Assembly (NCBI GenBank): GCA_001783565.1
Contig: MFMT01000042.1
Location: 29,408 to 61,552 of the forward strand
Direction: 5' to 3'
DNA length: 32,145 nt
Source of the DNA: Candidatus Kaiserbacteria bacterium RIFOXYD1_FULL_42_15
GTDB lineage: Bacteria > Patescibacteriota > Minisyncoccia > Phycocordibacterales > UBA918
The position numbers were made by a program, and so were the translations under genes. Below, piece after piece: positions 27,102-32,145 of this stretch (positions are counted from its first letter, which is position 1; each line of letters begins with the position of its first letter). The notes under the pieces are model-generated. The model saw only the letters and a list, made by a program, of their open reading frames with translations. It made no database searches and was not told where the DNA came from.

Positions 27102-27485
27102 ATGCCACCTTTTACACTTTCAACCACCATAAAAAATTACCCCAAACAAATTCCTTACGAAACAATCAAGAATGATATTCTTGGTAAGCGCTATTCTCTG
27201 TCTTTCACACTTGTAGGTAAAAACCGCGCTCAAAAAATAAATCAAACTACCCGCAAAAAGGATTACGCCCCAAACGTACTCTCGTTCCCTCTTGATATCA
27301 ATTGCGGTGAAATTGTCCTCTGTCCCGAAGTGGCCCGCCCTGAGGCCAAGGATTTTTCATTAACTAAAGACGGCTACATTGCTTTTCTATTTATCCACGG
27401 TTTACTTCATTTGAAAGGATACGACCATGGCGATACAATGGAGAAGCTGGAGAGACGATATGTTAGTAAATATAGCCTTGTTTAA
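27102..27485 (+). CDS. ybeY: rRNA maturation RNase YbeY
   Basis: 'RKKDYAPNVLSFP', 'GEIVL', zinc motif 'HGLLHLKGYDH'. Confidence 0.93.
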   Translation: MPPFTLSTTIKNYPKQIPYETIKNDILGKRYSLSFTLVGKNRAQKINQTTRKKDYAPNVLSFPLDINCGEIVLCPEVARPEAKDFSLTKDGYIAFLFIHGLLHLKGYDHGDTMEKLERRYVSKYSLV

Positions 27486-27513
27486 ATTAGATTAATTCAC
27501 TACACATTATATT

Positions 27514-28686
27514 ATGTCAGAACATATCATTACTGGAATTGATGTCGGCACCTACCAAGTAAAGGTGGTGATTGTTCGTGTTTCTCACCAAAAAAATGAA
27601 CCCCATGGGTTACCACAGATAATAGGTACCGGCCATGCCGAAAGCAGAGGATTGCGTAATGGCTATATCATGAACGAATCCGATGTTATCCGTAGTATCA
27701 GAAGTGCCGTAACTCAAGCTGAAAAAACCGCAGGTGTCAGTGTAAAAAAGGCCTACCTATCTATCGGTAGTGTGGGGTTAGATGAAATTATTTCCACCGG
27801 TGAAGTCATCACTTCGCGAGCTGATTCAGAGATTACGACCATTGATATTGAGAAGGCCAGCCAAGATAGTGAGGATCGTATCACTGATCACATCCCCAAT
27901 CGGAAAATAATCCATGCCATACCCCTGCGCTTTCGGATTGATGGTGAACCGGTACTAGGAAAACCAGAAGGTATGCGTGGTACCAAACTTGAAGTCGACA
28001 CACTTTTTATCACTACTTTTGAACAACATCTTAATGATCTTATTGGCGCTGTCGAACGTACTGGTATTTATGTTGAAGATGTGATGGCTTCACCTCTAGC
28101 GGCTAGCTTTGTTATCTTAAACAAGGCCCAGCGCCGAGCAGGTTGCATTATGGCCAATATAGGCGCTGAGACAGTCTCCACGGTTGTTTTTGAGGACATG
28201 ACCCCAATTTCACTTAAGGTTTTCCCTATTGGCGCCAACGACATCACCAACGACATTGCTCTCGGATTAAAGATTACTTTAGAAGAGGCAGAGAAAGTTA
28301 AACGTGGTAGTATCACCACTACTAATTATCCAAAGAAAAGACTGGAGGAAATTATCAACGCTCGCCTTAGTGATATTTTTGAGCTAATTAATTTACACCT
28401 CAAGAAAATAAAAAAAGACGGTTTGCTTCCGGCTGGAATTATATTGACCGGTGGTGGCTCTATTACTCTTGGTATTCAGGAATTTGCCCGTAACACGCTA
28501 AACCTCCCGGCCAGAATCGCCACTTTGGAGTTTGATAAAAATACCAAAATACGCGACGCTTCTTGGGCTGTCGCTTATGGACTATGCATGATCGGAGCCA
28601 GTGACGGCGAAGAATCAACCACCATTGGCATCACTAAACAAGCCAAAAGAACTATTCTAGATTGGCTCAGTCAGTTCCTTCCATAA
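27514..28686 (+). CDS. ftsA: Cell division protein FtsA
   Basis: 'GIDVGT', 'SRGLRNG', 'ITNDIA..L....EAEKVK', 'GIILTGGG'; upstream of ftsZ. Confidence 0.93.
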   Translation: MSEHIITGIDVGTYQVKVVIVRVSHQKNEPHGLPQIIGTGHAESRGLRNGYIMNESDVIRSIRSAVTQAEKTAGVSVKKAYLSIGSVGLDEIISTGEVITSRADSEITTIDIEKASQDSEDRITDHIPNRKIIHAIPLRFRIDGEPVLGKPEGMRGTKLEVDTLFITTFEQHLNDLIGAVERTGIYVEDVMASPLAASFVILNKAQRRAGCIMANIGAETVSTVVFEDMTPISLKVFPIGANDITNDIALGLKITLEEAEKVKRGSITTTNYPKKRLEEIINARLSDIFELINLHLKKIKKDGLLPAGIILTGGGSITLGIQEFARNTLNLPARIATLEFDKNTKIRDASWAVAYGLCMIGASDGEESTTIGITKQAKRTILDWLSQFLP

Positions 28687-28829
28687 CATTTTTCTATATC
28701 CGTCAAACACACAAATCCGGTATTAGTCAATATCGTGACAGATGTTTTTAATACCTGTATGATATGGATACTTAGCAGACGGTAATAGCAACCCGGCTAG
28801 TGGAGGTAATCGGTATTAAATAATTATTT

Positions 28830-30062
28830 ATGGAACAAATAAAATCAGACGTTGAATCATTTGCACGTATCCGAGTAGTCGGCGCCGGAGGTTCTGGCAA
28901 CAATGCCGTGAACTACATGGTGTCATCAAAAGTCAAAGGAGTAGAATTTATTGCCGTCAACAGTGATGCTCAAGATTTACATCATTCACTTGCCAAGAAA
29001 AAAATTCACATTGGAAAAAATCTTACTCGTGGTCTTGGTGCTGGTGGTAATTCGGATATGGGACGCAGAGCAGCCGAAGAAACTCGTGAAGAAATTAATA
29101 ATGCCATCAAGGGTTCTGACATGATTTTTATCACTTGTGGTATGGGTGGTGGTACCGGTACTGGATCTGCTCCAGTAATCGCAAAAATTGCTCGTGACAG
29201 TGGAGCCCTAACTGTGGGTGTTGTCACCAAGCCATTTTTATTTGAAGGTCAAGAGCGAATGCGGGTTGCTATGCAAGGTATTGAAGAACTAAAGAAAGAA
29301 GTCGACGCTCTTATCACCATTCCTAATGATCGCCTTCTAGCTATTGTTGATAAAGAGACTTCAGTTCGCAGTGCTTTTGAACAATGTGATAATGTGCTCA
29401 AACAAGCAGTGGAGGGTATTTCTGACCTTATTACCATGCCTGGTATAATCAACGTTGACTTTGCCGACATCCGTAGTGTTATGGAAAATGCCGGCTCTGC
29501 TTTGATGGGAGTTGGGGTTTCTTCTGGAGAAAAACGGGCCGAGGAGGCGGCTCAATCAGCCATTAATTCCCCTCTACTTGAAGTATCTATCACGGGTGCC
29601 AAGGGAGTATTATTTGCCATTGCTGGCGGTGATGATTTGGGAATGTTGGAAATTCAAGATGCAGCTCGAGTCATTACTGAGTCAATTGACCCACAAGCAA
29701 AAGTAATCTTTGGCGCTATCAAGGATGACAAGCTAAAGAAAAATGAGGTCAAGGTTACCGTCATCGCTACCGGCTTTCCTGAAGAAACAGTTCACCAAAA
29801 CAGTATATCCAGGCGGGCACCTGTGGGTGCATCAATGGAAAATGGGGAGGAAAAAATGCCAGAAACTCGTGGTCGTATCTTTAATTCGCTTACCGCTCCG
29901 AGACGAATAGATCCAGAAGAAATGCCTATTCAGAAAAATGACTCAATTGAATCACATAAAGAATTACCCAGACGTGACCCAAAACCAGTTGATCCAGTAG
30001 ATGAGGAAGAGGACGACTGGGGCGCAGTACCTGCTTTTCTGAGAAGGTCAAAGTTGAAATAA
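28830..30062 (+). CDS. ftsZ: Cell division protein FtsZ
   Basis: GMGGGTGTG, INVDFAD, C-terminal 'VPAFLRR'. Confidence 0.98.
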   Translation: MEQIKSDVESFARIRVVGAGGSGNNAVNYMVSSKVKGVEFIAVNSDAQDLHHSLAKKKIHIGKNLTRGLGAGGNSDMGRRAAEETREEINNAIKGSDMIFITCGMGGGTGTGSAPVIAKIARDSGALTVGVVTKPFLFEGQERMRVAMQGIEELKKEVDALITIPNDRLLAIVDKETSVRSAFEQCDNVLKQAVEGISDLITMPGIINVDFADIRSVMENAGSALMGVGVSSGEKRAEEAAQSAINSPLLEVSITGAKGVLFAIAGGDDLGMLEIQDAARVITESIDPQAKVIFGAIKDDKLKKNEVKVTVIATGFPEETVHQNSISRRAPVGASMENGEEKMPETRGRIFNSLTAPRRIDPEEMPIQKNDSIESHKELPRRDPKPVDPVDEEEDDWGAVPAFLRRSKLK

Positions 30063-30112
30063 GACCGATTCTTCTACGGCAATGTCTTTTCTTCATATTA
30101 TTTAGTCGGAGG

Positions 30113-30245
30113 CAGGTGCTGCGAGGCGGAGCGATATGAGTCGCCCCTTCCTAGGGCGACGAAACAGCGAGCCGTGGTCAGAAGTACTTATTAGAATTTA
30201 TACAAAGTATAAATTATAGTTAGTAACTTGTGACCCGTACCGGCA
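30113..30245 (+). repeat. Structured module also found behind tRNA genes
   Basis: CGAGGCGGAGCGAT..hairpin..GCGAGCCGTGGTC..hairpin..GTGACC, colinear with 9907-10019. Confidence 0.75.
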
Positions 30246-30293
30246 TTTTTGCGACGCTCAAAGCTTAAATAAGATTTGATCGGCAAAACACTG

Positions 30294-30453
30294 GTGCAGC
30301 GGGGCGTAGCGGAATGACACAGCAATCTAGAGTGGCGATGTGGATTACCGCATTGTGACTCGCCTGTCTGCGCAGGCAGGCAAAGACGCGGGGGGTGTAA
30401 TCCACCATCGTCTTCGCGAGGAATGAGCTGGCAAGCGAATGACGTGGCGATCC
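30294..30453 (+). repeat. CGTC-type repeat cluster
   Basis: GGATTACC...GACTCGCCTGTCTGCGCAGGCAGGCAAAGACG and CGTCTTCGCGAGGAATGAGCTGGCAAGCGAATGACGTGGCGATCC. Confidence 0.85.
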
Positions 30454-30580
30454 AGGACGACTACGTGACAATCTATATTGACTACCGGTAGCATTAAAAG
30501 TGGCAAGGTCATACACCACCATTGTTTTTTATGTTATGCTGTTCCTTGTTAAATAAAAATAAGCAACCTTTTGAAATTTT

Positions 30581-31507
30581 ATGTACGACTTGATTATTAT
30601 TGGTGGTGGCCCAGCTGGTATTGCGGCTGGTGTCTATGCTGCCAGAAAGCGATTACGGACTCTTTTTGTTACTAAGGAATGGGGTGGACAAAGTATCGTC
30701 TCGCCCGATATTCAAAACTGGATTGGTACCCCATCAATTTCTGGAGACAAACTAGCCAAAGACCTTGAAAGTCACCTTGAGGCCTACGCCAAAGATATTG
30801 TTACTATCATGGCTGGAAGAACAGCAACCTCTCTAACTAAAGCAGACGATGGAACAAGTTTAGTAACGCTTGACGATGGTACTCAACACTCAGGCAAAGC
30901 TACACTGATTGCTAGTGGTTCAGGACGCAGGCAACTTAACGTACTGGGGGCAGATATTTTTGAACATAAAGGTCTCACCTATTGTGCCAGCTGTGACGGC
31001 CCGATGTTTTCTGGACAAGATGTCGTAGTGATTGGCGGAGGTAATGCTGGCTTTGAATCAGCCGCCCAACTTCTCGCCTATGCAAAAAGTGTTACACTCC
31101 TACACCGAAGCGCTTCATTCAAAGCAGACCCTATTACGGTAGAGAAGGTTTTGGCACATCCAAATATGACCGCTATCACAAACGCCACCCCGACCGAAGT
31201 TGTAGGAGACAAGTTTGTCAGTGGTATCAAGTACACTGATGCTGATGGTGTATCACACGACATGGCAGTGACTGGTATCTTTGTTGAGATTGGTATGATT
31301 CCAAATACAGAATATGTAAAAGATGTCGTAAAGCTGGACGAATACAATCGTATAGAAATAGACCCTTGGACCCAAAAGACAAGTGCCTCGGGTATCTGGG
31401 CGGCCGGTGATTGCACGAATGTGCGCTACCATCAAAACAACATTTCTGCTGGTGACGGGGTCAAAGCCCTTGAGGATATTTATGTCACCCTCAAGACCAA
31501 ATCCTAA
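30581..31507 (+). CDS. trxB: Thioredoxin reductase (TrxB/AhpF C-terminal type)
   Basis: GGGPAG, redox 'YCASCDG', 'IGGGNAG', 'WAAGD'. Confidence 0.9.
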   Translation: MYDLIIIGGGPAGIAAGVYAARKRLRTLFVTKEWGGQSIVSPDIQNWIGTPSISGDKLAKDLESHLEAYAKDIVTIMAGRTATSLTKADDGTSLVTLDDGTQHSGKATLIASGSGRRQLNVLGADIFEHKGLTYCASCDGPMFSGQDVVVIGGGNAGFESAAQLLAYAKSVTLLHRSASFKADPITVEKVLAHPNMTAITNATPTEVVGDKFVSGIKYTDADGVSHDMAVTGIFVEIGMIPNTEYVKDVVKLDEYNRIEIDPWTQKTSASGIWAAGDCTNVRYHQNNISAGDGVKALEDIYVTLKTKS

Positions 31508-31532
31508 ATAAAAGTAAAAGCTGACTATCCAA

Positions 31533-31568
31533 ACAAACAAAAGGCGCCGATTGGCGCCTTTTGTTTGT
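31533..31568. terminator. Intrinsic terminator after trxB
   Basis: ACAAACAAAAGGCGCC-GATT-GGCGCCTTTTGTTTGT. Confidence 0.8.
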
Positions 31569-31864
31569 ACAACGTAGAGTTTTGGCCTGCGTGCTCCAAC
31601 CTAAAAGAGTTTTAGTTAGTATGGAGAAAATCACCATCACACAAACCTATAACAAGCTTCTCATACCAGCGATAAGTGTCAATAAATTAAAATATCCTTA
31701 TTTATGGCCAACTCTGTGAATAATCAGTGGAAAAGATGGTGTGTAACAAAGGTACAACTTTGTACATAAATAGATGTATAAACAACTCCCCCACCTTAGT
31801 GAAAATATAATCAAAAAGCTATCTGACAGAAAATTTCAGTGTTATACTTGATGACTGTTGTTTA

Positions 31865-31951
31865 GGAAGAGTCGCATAGTGGTCTAGTGCACCGGTTTCG
31901 AAAACCGGCATCGGGGAAACTCGATCGAGGGTTCAAATCCCTCCTCTTCCG
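31865..31951 (+). tRNA. tRNA-Ser(CGA)
   Basis: Acceptor GGAAGAG/CTCTTCC, anticodon arm CCGGT-TTCGAAA-ACCGG, long variable arm, T arm GAGGG-TTCAAAT-CCCTC, G discriminator. Confidence 0.96.
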
Positions 31952-32107
31952 CAGTGAATGAAATGAACGAAGGAAGAGGAGGTTGCAGCATTTTGAAAAA
32001 ATGCGTAGCAAGATTTGAAGCCCGATTGAGCTAGATTATGAGCTTGCGAAATAATCTAGCCAATTGGGGTACTGAACATGTAATGTTCAAATCCCTCCTC
32101 TTCCGCA
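31952..32107 (+). repeat. tRNA-Ser 3'-end inverted copy, module and direct copy
   Basis: Interrupted inverted copy 31972-32019; module 32020-32084; direct copy GTTCAAATCCCTCCTCTTCCGCA 32085-32107. Confidence 0.92.
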
Positions 32108-32145
32108 ATGAAAAACTAGCTTTTTTTGACTTTTTTGGTATTATG

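Noticed and set aside
2320-31540. Numerous antisense ORFs inside clpB, infB, gyrA, rpsA, ftsZ and trxB
   Set aside because: These are shadow frames of well-supported genes, with no independent signals.
31700-31790. DnaA-box cluster or oriC
   Set aside because: Only one good box (TGTGAATAA 31715-31723) plus weak matches, and no dnaA/dnaN context.

Overview
Core-chromosome segment of a small-genome bacterium. The compact IF2, the array of small 2-TM 'pilin' genes, the degenerate HisRS paralogue and the leaderless/SD-less genes suggest Patescibacteria/Parcubacteria (inference). Housekeeping genes: clpB, cysteine desulfurase, infB-rbfA, gyrA, rpsA, pth, lepB, rpsU-like, ybeY, ftsA-ftsZ and trxB. 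There are six tRNAs (Tyr-GTA, Cys-GCA, Leu-TAA, Lys-CTT, Leu-TAG, Ser-CGA), a Phd/RelE toxin-antitoxin pair, an MlaC-like secreted protein and a two-gene SPFH-like unit. The most striking signal is non-coding. Many long intergenic spaces are built from a shared, nested kit of palindromic modules. Behind five of the six tRNA genes the tRNA's own 3' end (T-loop to discriminator) is re-copied in alternating inverted and direct orientation around these modules. The same modules occur as filled versus empty, tandem and nested insertions inside CGTC-type REP-like repeats. Their stems covary, their loops are mostly GNA triloops flanked by Py-GA-Pu tandem mismatches (a single-stranded DNA folding signature), and the copies examined all point the same way regardless of gene direction. 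No cognate transposase or integrase lies in the window. All alignments were made by eye; no database searches were run.
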